Shown: positions 51,132 through 63,291 of the stretch, piece by piece
Layout: each line of letters starts with the position of its first letter
Position numbering within the stretch: position 1 is the stretch's first letter
NCBI GenBank assembly: GCA_003971905.1
Contig: RSEE01000009.1
Location: 496,001 to 560,000, forward strand
Origin: Moniliella sp. 'wahieum'
Taxonomy: Eukaryota
Reading direction: 5' to 3'
Length of the DNA: 64,000 nucleotides
Translations under genes and position numbers: made by a program
Notes under the pieces: model-generated
Told to the model about the DNA's origin: nothing
Database searches by the model: none
The model's input: the letters and a program-made list of their open reading frames with translations, nothing else

Positions 51132-54100
51132 ATGGCGATGTCCATGCCAGCCCCCATGCCTCCCGCTGTGCCCAAGCCTTACCGCGGCACCCTCCCCCCC
51201 GGCACCAAGGTTGTCGTTGGTAAGCACATGGTTGTCGTCCAGCGCTATCTCGCCGAGGGAGGTTTTGCCCATGTCTACCTTGTTACTTCTCGCGACCCTA
51301 TCCCTATTCCCTCGATCAACTCGCGCGGAAATAAGATCATGCGTCCCGAGAAGACCCATGTGCTCAAAAGGATGGCTGTTCCTGACAAGCAGACCCTTGC
51401 CCTTGTTCGTGGCGAGGTCGAGGCTCATGTACGTCCATTCCGCAACCATGTTTCGACGATTTGTTCTAACCCTGGGCTCTTTTGCAGCGCTTACTCCATG
51501 GACACACCCACATTGTCCACTTTATTGAGGCATCTGCCACTGCCCTGCCAGCGGAGGGTACGAGGTGTTTATTCTCATGGAGTACTGCAGCGGCGGGGGC
51601 ATAATTGATCTGATGAACCAGCGCTTGCGCGACCGGCTCCGGGAGAATGAGGTGCTCAAGATATTTGGAGATGTGTGCGAAGGCCTGGCCGTCATGCACC
51701 ATCTGGATCCACCACTTATGCACCGAGACCTCAAGATTGAAAATGTGCTGATCAGCCCCCCTCCTGCCGACGACCCTGCATTGGGTCCCATCTACAAATT
51801 GGCAGACTTTGGCTCTGCTTCGCCCGTCCTTAGCCGACGTGCACCCAAGTCTATGGAGGAAATCAAGCGGGTTGAAGCCGATCTCAATCGTGCCACGACA
51901 ATGCAGTACCGTGCTCCCGAAATGGTTGATGTTTACCAGCGACGGGTGATTGATGAGAAAGCGGACATTTGGGGATGGGTGTGTTTCTCTACAAGCTATG
52001 CTACTACACCACACCCTTCGAGGAAAATGGGGGCGGCTCCTTGGCAATTCTGAATGCACGGTACCGCTTCCCCCCCTCGCCTGTTTACTCCCAAATGTCA
52101 AGAACCTGATTGCATCCATGCTGCAAGAGCATTCGGAGAACCGGCCAACCATTGACCAGCTAATTGTGCGAGTTTACGAACTGCGCGGCCTGTTCCACCA
52201 TCTACGGCTACCCACTACGCCAAGCTCACTCTGGAGGGAAAACAGCTTACTCCACTCCCTTCGGTTGTGGGAAGAGAGAGTAGGATGGTCCGACGTGCGT
52301 CGGCTCAGCCCTCGTCTCTGGACGATAGTGTGGTGAACCTGCACCCACCCCATGCTCCCAAGCCAGATCGCACCGCTGGCGACGCGCGCACCCGTGTTAC
52401 CCGCCTGGTGCAGGTCGACGCGGACGCCCCGATGCGGGATGAGGACCTGGCTGCGCTGAAACAGTCTGTGCAGCCCATGCGGCGTGGACGGCCTCCCAAG
52501 GACTCCTCGCCAACCGGGGCAGCAGGGCTACACAACAGCCCCTCCCCGGCACCCGAGGCGGCTTGGCCAGGGGCGCGCAAGGTTCGACCCTACTCTACGA
52601 TCGGCGCTCAGTCCCTATCTTCTCCGAAAGATGAGTTTGAGGATTCATTCAATCCATCTACTTCGTCCAAATTGCCCGTTACACCTCATCCAAGCTGTCT
52701 GTTCCTTCGCCACCTGGCATACGTTCCCCCTCACCTTTGAGCGCTGCTCCTTCTTCCGCTCTGATTTCACACCTCATTCATTGACGAAGCATCCTCTCGT
52801 TTCCCAAGCTTGGAGGACCTTGATGCGGCTCATCTTGCATCGGGAAGTACTGCCGCCAAGGCTAAGCATTTTGAGCAGTCACAGCCATCTCCCACTTATG
52901 GAGGGCAGCCGTTAGCGTACCAGCCTCGGCAAAAACCGACGCTATCCCGGTCCCATGTTCCGAAGAAGAGTGCTGTCTTGGATCGCTGGCCGCCTGCGAA
53001 CGAGTCCAAGACGGAGGAAGCCATTCGTCAGGCTCGGTCAAACCTTGCCAAACCCAGCTGAACCGGCGCCCGCCCTCCCCCCTCGGTCGCCGAGTATGAT
53101 GCCTGCCCCCAAGCACGCAGCCACCCCTTCTGATGCCTCATCTGCACCACCGGGCCCGCCCCAAGACTGGCTCACGGGCTCGGAGGATGTTCTGGTTGAT
53201 ACAGCGCCCTCCCCTCTACCGGCTGAGAGTAAAGCGCCTCCACCCAAGCCATCGGTGCCCAAGCCCCGTCCTGGTCGCTTTCCCGAATTTGGCCTGATAT
53301 TCCTACGGCATCCACTACTGTGGTGGCAGGAGCGGATGCGGTACATCTAAAAAGTTCCTCCTCCGAAACGACTTGCTCCTGGGGCTATCTCGGACGGAAA
53401 CAAACCTGACGGATCACAGCCGATCGCAGGGATGCCAGGCAAGCTGAACCGCCCTGCGTGGGTGAAGGAGCAGGAAAGTGCTGCACCTGAACCTGCACGC
53501 ACTGCACCTCGTCTCTCGTCGGTTGCTATGCGGGACGATAGTTTTGCGCTGGAAATGCAGCCTGAGGACGCTATGGATCTTGCTCTGATCGAGGGGGAGA
53601 CCCCTCCCAGGTTTTGGAAGAAACCAAGACCCAAAACCGAGCAGGGAGGAGACGGTAGCGCAAGGAGCCGCTCTGGATATTCCTCGCCTGTTAAGGCGCC
53701 CTCATGGGACGCGCCCGACGATTCTGCTGAAATGCGGCGGCTTGTCCCCCTTTGGCCCATCTCCGAGCCCGGGACGGTCCCCGCGCTTGCCTTCAGCAAA
53801 CCTGCTGTCCCATCGCCACCCACGATACCGAAGGTGGTACTTTCTCCGCAACCCACGACAAGTGGAGCGCATTCTCCCCGCTCTCCCAGCCCCCCCTCTG
53901 AGAACCTGTAGTGGGAATGGGGAAGAATCGACTGAGCCAGCTGATTAATGCTGCCAACGAGCGCGAGACACGCCGCTCCGTCCCTTCGCTGGGGTGGGGG
54001 GGGCACGCATGGGGCCCATCAACCGCAGCCGGAGCACAGGAATAATCCCTTCCGCCGCAAAAGAGGAGGTCAGCATCACAACACATTCTTCCCCTGTTCC

Positions 54101-54478
54101 GACGGGTGAGGCTACCCCCACTCGGTCGGTCATGGCAGAGCGGATGCGGGACCTGGAACTCTCCAAAGCTGAGGCTGCCGCGAAGCATCAATCTATTCCT
54201 GCTCGGGCAGCGACGTTGCCCCCCTCCGACTCAGTTGCAACCTCAGCGCGTCCCTCCCTCTCAGAGACGTCGGCGCCGCTGCTGGTACGCCCCAAGCCAC
54301 GTATATCAGCTAAGCCGGCGAACCTGCGCCCTGCTATGCTTGTTGCGCCTGCTACGCCCCATCCCGTGACTCCTTGGGCGCGAAGCAGCCGAAGCTGGGG
54401 CGGGGTTGTCCCACCCCGGAAGAATCCGAGTTCAAGGGCGTGAACAATCTCATTTCCAAGTGGCAGGGAGGAGCTTGA
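51132..54478 (+). CDS. Ark1/Prk1 (NAK-family) Ser/Thr kinase with a long Pro-rich tail; intron and frameshifts
   Basis: [96 protein letters not shown]-terminal [12 protein letters not shown]. Confidence 0.92.
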
Positions 54479-55069
54479 AGTGTTTGAGGTGAGGCCGTTG
54501 AGCGCATATCCGACACGTGCGCCACTTCCCCTCCCTTTTGGTCTTCATGCCATCTCGTAAGAAATGGATTCGTAAATTTTGATGCACCCGCTACCCCCCC
54601 ACTTGATACCCCTCTCTGACGGTAGTATAATGACCCACATAGCCCTGTCACCGGCACATCGGGTAAATCTCACACCACCACCACCATCCTTGCCTACCTC
54701 TCTGTGGAGAGGGTTGCACCTCCTCGCAAGAATGCCGATGGAACCCGTTCCCTGCAGCTTGTTAGCCAATTACGCAGGTCACGTAACGATGGCAATAGCC
54801 CATTTGGTCAGCCAGCCTAAAACACTGCACTGGCGTTGACTGAGCGAGTACCCGGCTACCAATGCAAGGCTACTGAAGCGAGTAGAAATGTACATTGGAG
54901 GGAGCTCAATCAGGAATGCCAGAGGGGTAAGCTGGGAGCAGCTACAAAGATGAATGCCCCCCCCCGCCTGCACGAGCAGAGGGGAGACAAAGAGAGGCAT
55001 ACAAAGGTGCTGGAATGAGGGTGCGCACAAGGGCTAGCACTGAGAGCTTAGCGATTGGGGATCTTAAGA

Positions 55070-55730
55070 TCACATGAGCAGGCACCCTTCCTGCTTGGGT
55101 GGCGGAGATGCAGGCCTGGATGGCTCAGGTTGCATTCCCTTTTCGCTTTCTTGGAGGGCCAACTGGAATGCCTCGTCTGCGCACGCGTCTGGAGTCAGAG
55201 TCAGCGGTCGGTACACAGAGTTTGTACAAGAAAGCACTGTATACGTACCCACGTTGGTATTGTCCAACGCCGATACCTCAACATAGGGAATGCCAAGGTC
55301 CTTAGCCAGTCCTTGGGCGTCTTCCGCAGGCACCTGACGAATTTGGTCCAGGTCGGACTTTTGACCAATAAGGACAGCGGGGATGGCCTCGGTACCAGTG
55401 TAGTCGGTGATCTTACGTGGATGGTGGTGATCAGGTCAAAGGACGCCCGGCTCGACAGCGCAAACACGAGAAGATAGGCGTGGATTCCAAGCGAGTGACG
55501 CGTATTGAGGATGCTGAACTCGTCCTGCCCTGCCGTGTCGTAAATTTCGCACTGGAACGTGCGGCCGCGGTACTGGATGTCCTTTTGCAGCACAGTCTCG
55601 ATGGTGGGGTAGTACTTGTCGTCAAACTTACCCTCAGTGTAGCGCTTGAGAAGCGACGACTTCCGACGCCACGCGAGCCGACAATGACGAGCTTGCGCCG
55701 CAACTTCGTCTCGGGGGCGGCAAAAGACAT
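55070..55730 (-). CDS. RHB1: Rheb small GTPase; frameshifts, intron
   Basis: RKLVIVGSRGVG, Y.PTIET, EIYDTAGQDEFSILNTRHSLGIHAYLLVF, VLIGQKSDL, EVSA and the C-terminal CAAX box CLLM. Confidence 0.9.
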
Positions 55731-57814
55731 GATGATGGGTCCAAGTGACGAAGTATGAGCAGATTTATTGAGATCAGCCTGCGGCCACGGCCGGCGACGA
55801 GCGAGGAGATAAAAAGACGTCGCCTGGCTGCTTACGTGATGTCATGCGCTTGTATTTCGAGGCAGTGTGGCTTGCAGGTTGGCTTTCATTTTCCGGCTGC
55901 GTCGATCAAGTAGTTGGGCATCGCTCGGGTTACAATACTACTAATGACCACTACGGCATGTCGATCATTGCTCATTAACATTGATCATTCATCGATCTCC
56001 TCCAACGGGCCTAGGCTGCTCTCTGCCTCAACCCCCAACTTCTTCATTTCCTATACCTACTCACATAGTATCGGTTGTCGCAACACACACGCGTCCGTAT
56101 ATATAGTAGAGAGGCTCAGATCATAGTATATAGGTATTACACCCACGAGGGTAGAGTGCCAAGAAGAATGCCCAGCGTGGCTCAATTCTAGTCAAGTTTA
56201 GCGGTGGAGTCAACGATGCCAAGGCAGGAGAAGAGCAGTGTTCCAATCCGCGTCGGGCACATGGTCATTATCCGCCGGATGTCGTGAGGCCGTGGGGACG
56301 AGGGACAAAAAGCGGGGATGGGGAAGGGGGAGGGGTTGTGATGCAGGAAAGATAGAGCGGATGTGTGGTATTTTGGCATATTGAGCAGTGTTTCTGAGAC
56401 GGGCCACACATATACCCACCTGCTGATGGTATGACCCTGTTCTAGCTCTTTCTTGATCCCTTTATTTGTGTGTGTATCTCACACCATAACGTTATTGTTT
56501 ACCGTATGATTGCTTCTTCTTCCTCTGGAATGAGGCATCATTCCATATGCAGCCTCCTCCTCAACCGGTTCGACTGGCCCCTTTTTCTTCAGCTCGCTCC
56601 CCAGTTCCTTCCTCCGCCCCCATGGTCCCACCGGTAGCTACCCCTCGGTGTTAGCACCCGGGACACTCCTGGTGTGTGGCTTCCAACTGGATTTTCCGCG
56701 CTGCAGTGTACCCGGATTCAGCTCCCACTCAACGAGGGCACCACACGTCTTAACGGGCCTGTTGTGTGGGCGTATGACATTACGAGCAAAGCGGTAAGTA
56801 CCAACCTTGCTATAGAAGAGTTTTCGTGTACACACTATGGTCCTGCATACATTACCCCAATAATTTAGCGCAAGCTGTGGCACCGGGACCGTGAGTCCGT
56901 CGACGACAAGTACGGGGAATGCGAATGTGTTTCCGCGCAGGCCGGGGTGAAGTTCGGAAAACGGCGACTCTGGCCCAAGTGCGGACCAACACCTCAAAGC
57001 ATCGTACAAGAGAGTCCGTGCTGGGTCAGAAGCGGGGGGAGGATGCTCTCTGAACAGTTACCGGTGCACTGGTACACTATACCCCACACTATTGTCCTAA
57101 ATGAGGTGGTGGCATATGGACCGATCTTATCATCCGGTTCCACATCGATCCTGACCGGCTCGCCGGACCAATTGCATGCTGCCCGGACGGTCCGGCAGTC
57201 GTCGGTCCCGCATCGGATAACGAGGTAGGCGGCCTGTTCCAAATGCAAGTCCGTCTCTTCGATGCCAAGGCCGCTGCTATATAGTACCTCTTGGAATCGA
57301 GTGCAGAGACCAGGTGGTGCGTACCCTCTCCGCCTCGTTTTTTGTATTATTATTCCTTTTTTCTTATGGTGGGCTATTAGCCGGGACAGCTCTCTCAGTT
57401 GAAGGGTAACAGCCACTCTATGAGCCTACAGCAGTGAGCGGGCACGGATCTTTGCAAGGGGACAAGCCCAAGATCATACTTAGTGGTCCTATATCTCTGC
57501 ATTGACATTCCACATGCAATACTAACATTTTCAAACAGCTATCTTTGTAATGGAAAAGAGCGCACAGAGCCGTATTTTGGGCGAAGTGTGGGTGCGTAGA
57601 TCACCAGCAGCATAGGGGGATAAATGGCATCAACAGGCCGAGTCCTTTGGTGGCATAAGCAGGGTCAGGGGTCGGGGGACGGGCACATGGTTAAGGTCAA
57701 TACGGCCTTATAAATGAGACAGAGAGGAACCGAGCTTGGAAAAAGGCACAGAGATTGGGAAGCTGGATCGTGGAGTAAAGCTTAAAGAGTCGTGGATGGA
57801 GAAAAAAAGGGGGG

Positions 57815-58614
57815 TCAGGGACTAACTAATGCATGTCCAGCTGACCCATAAGAAAGCGTTCCCCCCGTGGGCTGGGCGACGGATGCGAAGACCACTGGAC
57901 TGGGCACGTGCGCGTCCACGTGAATCTGAGGAACCTGACGGGCCTTTCGTTTCTGAGGCAGTTGGAGCAGGGCAAGAATCGGGGGTAACTTGGGACACCG
58001 GTACCTCGGGTACCGGGGCAAACGGTCGATGTTCCGGTTCCAAAAGGAGAAGACTGGCCATTGTATTCGTCCTTGGCGCTGGGTAGAATGCGGCTCAAAG
58101 GACTTGGATGGCTCGGGAGCCAGCTTGTTCTCCTGCGGCATGTATCCACCACCAATCCCAAGCCAAGAAGAGGCGCTGAATCGACGACCGAGGTTGAGTG
58201 AGTCCCGCCGTCCAAGCGGAGCTGGGGTAAAGGAGGAGGAAATCCAGGGCGCAGATAGGCGCGGGCTCAATGAAGGAGGAGGCGTGAATGTGTCGAGGTC
58301 GTCTGCTGCCGTCACGGCCGAAGAGGTGGAACGTAGCGTGCTAGACGACTTGGCCGAGGAAAGGGACGGGCGCGTTGCAGCGGACTAGCGTCCGTGGGGA
58401 GAAAGAGGTTCCAGTCGCAGCAGCATAAGCGCCAGTGGTCAGGAGAGAAATGGATTGGGCGCGGCGGTTAGTGGTGCAAGGGGGAAACGGACGAGGAAGG
58501 GGCGGTGGGGCTGGCAAGGGCGTGGGAGTCAATGAGGGCGGAGCTGGGCACAGCAAGGCTGTGGCGGTGGGTGTGGTGGCGTTGAGCGCCAGGAATGCTG
58601 GTCGGAGAGGACAT
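57815..58614 (-). CDS. Hypothetical Ser/Pro-rich protein, frameshifted
   Basis: CACCATG start (MSSPTSIPG..) after a CT-rich leader, followed by ORF fragments including GRRDSLNLGRRFSASSW. Confidence 0.35.
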
Positions 58615-61600
58615 GGTGGAGGGGAGGAGGGAATGGTGGCGAGGGCGGGCAGAAATGGCCACTCCGGCCTCCGGAGAGCAGGAATGCCGTTTCTGGGTGG
58701 CGGCGGAGATAGGCCATGTACTGCCCCCCCGCCTGCTTGGCTGCGGGAGGGAGTCACAGGGCCAGTGCCTGTTTCGGGGGCTGGGGCGCAAACTGCGCGC
58801 TGTGCCCTGCAGTGCCATGCCCCTGAGGCCGCTAACCCGCTGGTGCGCACAGAGGCAGTCATGCTCATGTACCAACCCCCACTCGGCACTTGAGTATACT
58901 CGGTGCACACTGGCACTCTGGGTACTTTACGGTTATCGATAATCGAGTGTGCCGCCACGGCGGGGTCAGCTGTAAGTGAGTCACCGTGCAATAGTACCTG
59001 TGTACTAAACGCCAGGCAAGCGGTACAGCTTCCAAAATGTTCCAACATCGTTTATTCGCGCCTTGGCGGCGTAATACATCTCCGTTTTGCAGCCATATTA
59101 TGTCCGTAACGGGGAAGGTTCGGACTTAATTGGTTGGGCGTGCCTCTTGTAGTCGGGAGTTGTTTTGCCACAATCCACATGTTGTTCCAGGGGCGATAGG
59201 ATTGTATTACGTAAAGGGCCGCCAGAACGCGAGATTCGAGAGACCGACATACGCTGACGGAGGGGGGGGATGGAGGGCCGTCGTCTTTGCAGTCACTTCG
59301 GTGGGGCAGGGGAGAGCGAGTGGGGAGCGAGAGCCAGGTGGTGCCGAAGCGGAGACTTTGGAGGGGGTGGTCCGGAACCTCCGTGGCGTCAGGCCTTTTA
59401 AATTAACGCATAACGCTTGCATAAGAACACTGCATAGCGCCTGATCATCGATCAGGCCTGAGGCGGCCTGAGGCCTGAGTGCTGAGCGCTCCAAGTTCTC
59501 CGCGCCAGCTAAGCGCTAAGCTCGCTAACCAACCACATTGATGGGTAGACCAAATAACCAATGATCGATGAGGTCTGAGATATGCAGACTGCAAAAAAAG
59601 CCTCTGCAGGGGCTACGTGTATAGGAGCCACAAGAAGAGTTGGTAGGGTCTTTTGTACGTGCGCATATACTAGGGTCCAGTAGAGAGTGTATATTTTGTG
59701 TGTGTGGAGTCATGTTGGCAACACAGAAAGCTGCGCAACAAGAACAAAGGGCAAACCCGACAATCTCTGTTGAACGTTGACGCATTGACAGCAAAAATGA
59801 AGGAAGAGTTATGCAGAAGAGAGAAAGATGAGAGGCACATCAGAAATATCGTCACCATTAATAGCAAAAATGTGGAAGGCCCTCACGGCCTCACGGAGAA
59901 TGCGAGGCATGTGTCAAGCTTCAAGCCAAGAGAGGAATATCACCGACTAATCTTGGTCGGTATACGCTCTTTGTTGCGTACTTGAGCTGCGCGTAGGACT
60001 TGGGCGTAGCGGGAGGAAGAAAGCCACTCAGAATAGTAATGGCGATCAGTACTGGTTAGGAGTGGGGAGGAGAGGATGACTTTGATGATTGTTTGAACTG
60101 AAAGTGGTCTAGCTGATCCGCTGCCAACTCATGCACAAATTTGCTTACCATCGTCCGTTGCTTGCGATCAGTAGGTGCGGTGCACATCGCACGATCTGTG
60201 ACGGTGACCAAGACCCCGCGACGGTCTGTACGAACCTTCGCCGTGATCCGGGTACGACAAAACACCGCTTGGCAACCTCTCCGTGTGCTGATGGAGATTG
60301 AGATGTTTGTAGGCCTTCTCCATAGCCCCCTGCCCCTTAAGTGAGTAAGATGAGCATGACAGGGCTGGGCTGCGCATGGATGCGCTTACTGTCATGTTTT
60401 CAGGCGAGAGGGAAGTGAAGGTGGAGCGGGCATGTTCGATGCCCACCGCTTCAGGAAAGGCCGAGGGGGTTTGACAGTAAGACAGAGACTGCGCTACCAA
60501 TGGCGTGAGTCGCGCGCGGCGGCAGCAGGTCAGGCACGACGAGTACTCAGCGTGCTCATCCCATCGTCTCTTCGCCACCGTCACTTTTTCCCAGATCCGA
60601 TCTGTCTTGAAGGGCCAGAGACGGTTAACTCTTCTTTCAGTGCCTCCAATCCGACACATCTTCCAGAACAAACCGACGCTTTTCCCCCGACATAGGAGCG
60701 CAAAGCCCCATGAGCCTGTTGAGCAGCTGCTGACCATTTCTCGTCCGTCGCGAAGGCACCGGCGCATGGTATATTTTCCACCTGGTTGATCCCCGATCCT
60801 TGGTCCTTGAACGTGCAGCTTACACCCGTTGTCTGTGACACACACTTTGATAAGTGTATCGCACGATTGTGTCATCCCGAGATCGTAATGGATACCGTTC
60901 TTTAAAAGGGGAATAGTGTTGCTGATGAGCGCCTTTGGACCGGGTACATATAAGTTAGTGTGCGCTGCCGTCATATACGGTTGTCCCGCATTCGAAAAGA
61001 ACGCACCGAACCATTGTTTTGAGTGCTGGCGCCTGGTTTGTATTTGTTTCTGTTATTGGCGCAGATTTTATTTGGCCCAGTGAGGGACGGAAGGAAGGTT
61101 AGGGGCGGGGGGCGGGAGCGTTGCTGATCGGATGTGATAGACGAATGAGCAGATACGATACCGGCGGGGTCAGTTTGTCGGTTTGGTCGCCGAAGGAGGA
61201 ACTGAGATCTGGTTCACGAGAGATGAGAATTCTGCGGGTTCCAGTCCAATGGCAGGCACAGGGGAGGTCTTATGATTGAACTGACAACTTGGCCATGGAT
61301 GTTCCATTTTTGCACAGCAACGATCCCGTTCCCGACGGTTCATTCACCCCAGGGGAAGGCGAAATAGTCTGGCAGCGCCGCCCAAACTTCTGATGCTGAG
61401 AAGGATGGTATGCAGGAGAAGACTCTACTTTGCTGGAACGGTGAGGGATCAGACCATCCGGCGCCAGCGAATACGTTTGAGTCAGAGGGGGGAATAAGTC
61501 AGGACGATGAGAGTTTGGCGAGGATTAATCTGAAGGAATGATAGGAGAAGAACGCAGAGTCTCCTCCTCAACATTGGAAGATGGGCGCGAATGCTCAAAT

Positions 61601-63116
61601 GTTTGTCCTGCAGTTGACTCTGTACGACAAGGGGAAAGCTTGACGGGAATGGCGAATAGGGAAAACTGGAAAGGGAGTCCCAGAAGGATCGACCGATATA
61701 GTATCTTCCAGTTCTGTGGACAGCATGGGGTTTGGAGTTGCCTGGGCGGGCAGGGAATCGAGCGTGAGGCCGGCCACGCTGCTATTGTGAGAATAGTAGG
61801 GAGGAGCAAAATCGATTGATGCCCCCCGAAGCACCGACCATGCCCCGGATTCCCACATCCTCTGTGCTTGTCACATTCGGTAGCGCTCGGGGAAGGGCAT
61901 AAGTCGACAAGCAAAGGCGATCCATATGCGAAGACACGGCGGGGTAGTGACGGCAGTGGTGGTGGTAAATATGAAGGGAGGAGACTTGTTGTAGGGCACA
62001 ATTTTGGAAAAGTGGTGGCGAGCGCGAAGGTGCTTTATAAGACGTGTGGGGAGGCAATGGCGCAGTCTTTGCATTAGTGTGAAAAGGGCCCTGCCACACT
62101 ATATTAGCCTCACAGTGGCCGGCGGGCCGGACTAAGCACTGAGCGATGTATATCATGTGAGAACATCGTCATATTGTGGCAAACGGTGCAACCGGGGAGG
62201 CCTTTCGCCTGTCTTATTAGTGGCGCGATGTGTATATACATGGTGATGCGAGTGGCGCGTGTAGACCACAGAACAACGTGTGCCAAGACTGCATCGCGGC
62301 TCAGCCGCTGAGGTTCTTTGATCCACGGACTTAAGCAAATTGGGGCAGAGAGTGAGGGTGAGGTGAGGGTGCTGTGATGAAGTTTGAATGGGGGAATGTC
62401 CGACTCGTATTAAGACCTCCAAACCATAATGCAAAAAGCACAGCAGAGGTCATGGCGACCCAAAAGAGTGGGTCAGACGTCCATATATAGACTCCTGCGG
62501 GTGTGGTAGGAAGTCGCGCGGCCGTCCGACGACAGTGTATATATTTGAAGTCGGACCGAGATCGGATGCGAAAGTGTCAGGATGTCATATGGGTTACACA
62601 TTGGTTACAACGGTTACAGGTTGCGTGTTGCGAGTAGTAGGCGCGTGAGCTTTTTGTCTACATTATACAAATCTCACGTATAATAGGGGGAGAGGAGAGA
62701 GGATGACAGCCTGGGCAACAGTTGCATGAGAAGACTTTACCCGACGGGGGATTAGCGAATGGGGTGCAACTGCATGGACGCGCCACCACCAGGGAAATCA
62801 TCCTTTTTGTCTCTCAGTCTTCGGAGAGCGATCGGTTTCCGGTCCGCACCGGAGCGTGCAGAGCGCTGCCGAATTTGAATGTACGCTGGACGTTGCGAGC
62901 TTGAGCGCGTGGACGCGCGCTGCGTGACGCCTAACCCGCCTATGTAGCCGGATGCCGAAACGGCAATCAAGAACAAGCCCTATATTAATTGCTGGTGCCG
63001 GTGAGGCCGGTGAGCGCTGAGCGAAAGTAGAGACAAGCGGAGTGGGACTCGGAGGAGGGAGTGGACGGAGGGTGAGATCTCTGAGAAAGAGGGAAGGCGA
63101 AGCTACGAGTGGCCTA

Positions 63117-63270
63117 TCTCTATGTTGTGTGCATTCCATTGACAAGAGCTTAAGGCTGGGACAGGGGGAACGCTACGTCTAAACCGAACCGTTCATCTTG
63201 CGGGGGTTGTTTGGAAGCGCCACTAAGGTCAAGGAACCAGGGGATTGCCAGGATTTCAGGACCCTCCGCT
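63117..63270 (+). mobile_element. Third copy of the shared Helitron-like 5' segment
   Basis: A|TCTCTATGTTG..GAGCTTAAGGCTGGGACAGGGGGAACGCTACGTCTAAACCGAACCGTTCATCTTGCGGGGGTT..CAGGACCCTCCG is clearly homologous to 18090-18226 and 22939-23089. Confidence 0.85.
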
Positions 63271-63291
63271 CTCGCCATCCGGTCCCGTACC

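Noticed and set aside
1..55730. Calling the housekeeping genes pseudogenes
   Set aside because: Essential genes retain intact motifs and show indels rather than substitutional decay, which is typical of long-read error.
63130..63270. Shared segment as a hammerhead ribozyme, rRNA or snRNA fragment
   Set aside because: No CUGANGA/GAAA core in a valid arrangement and no extended match to rRNA/snRNA that I can recognise; a formal Rfam scan would be needed.
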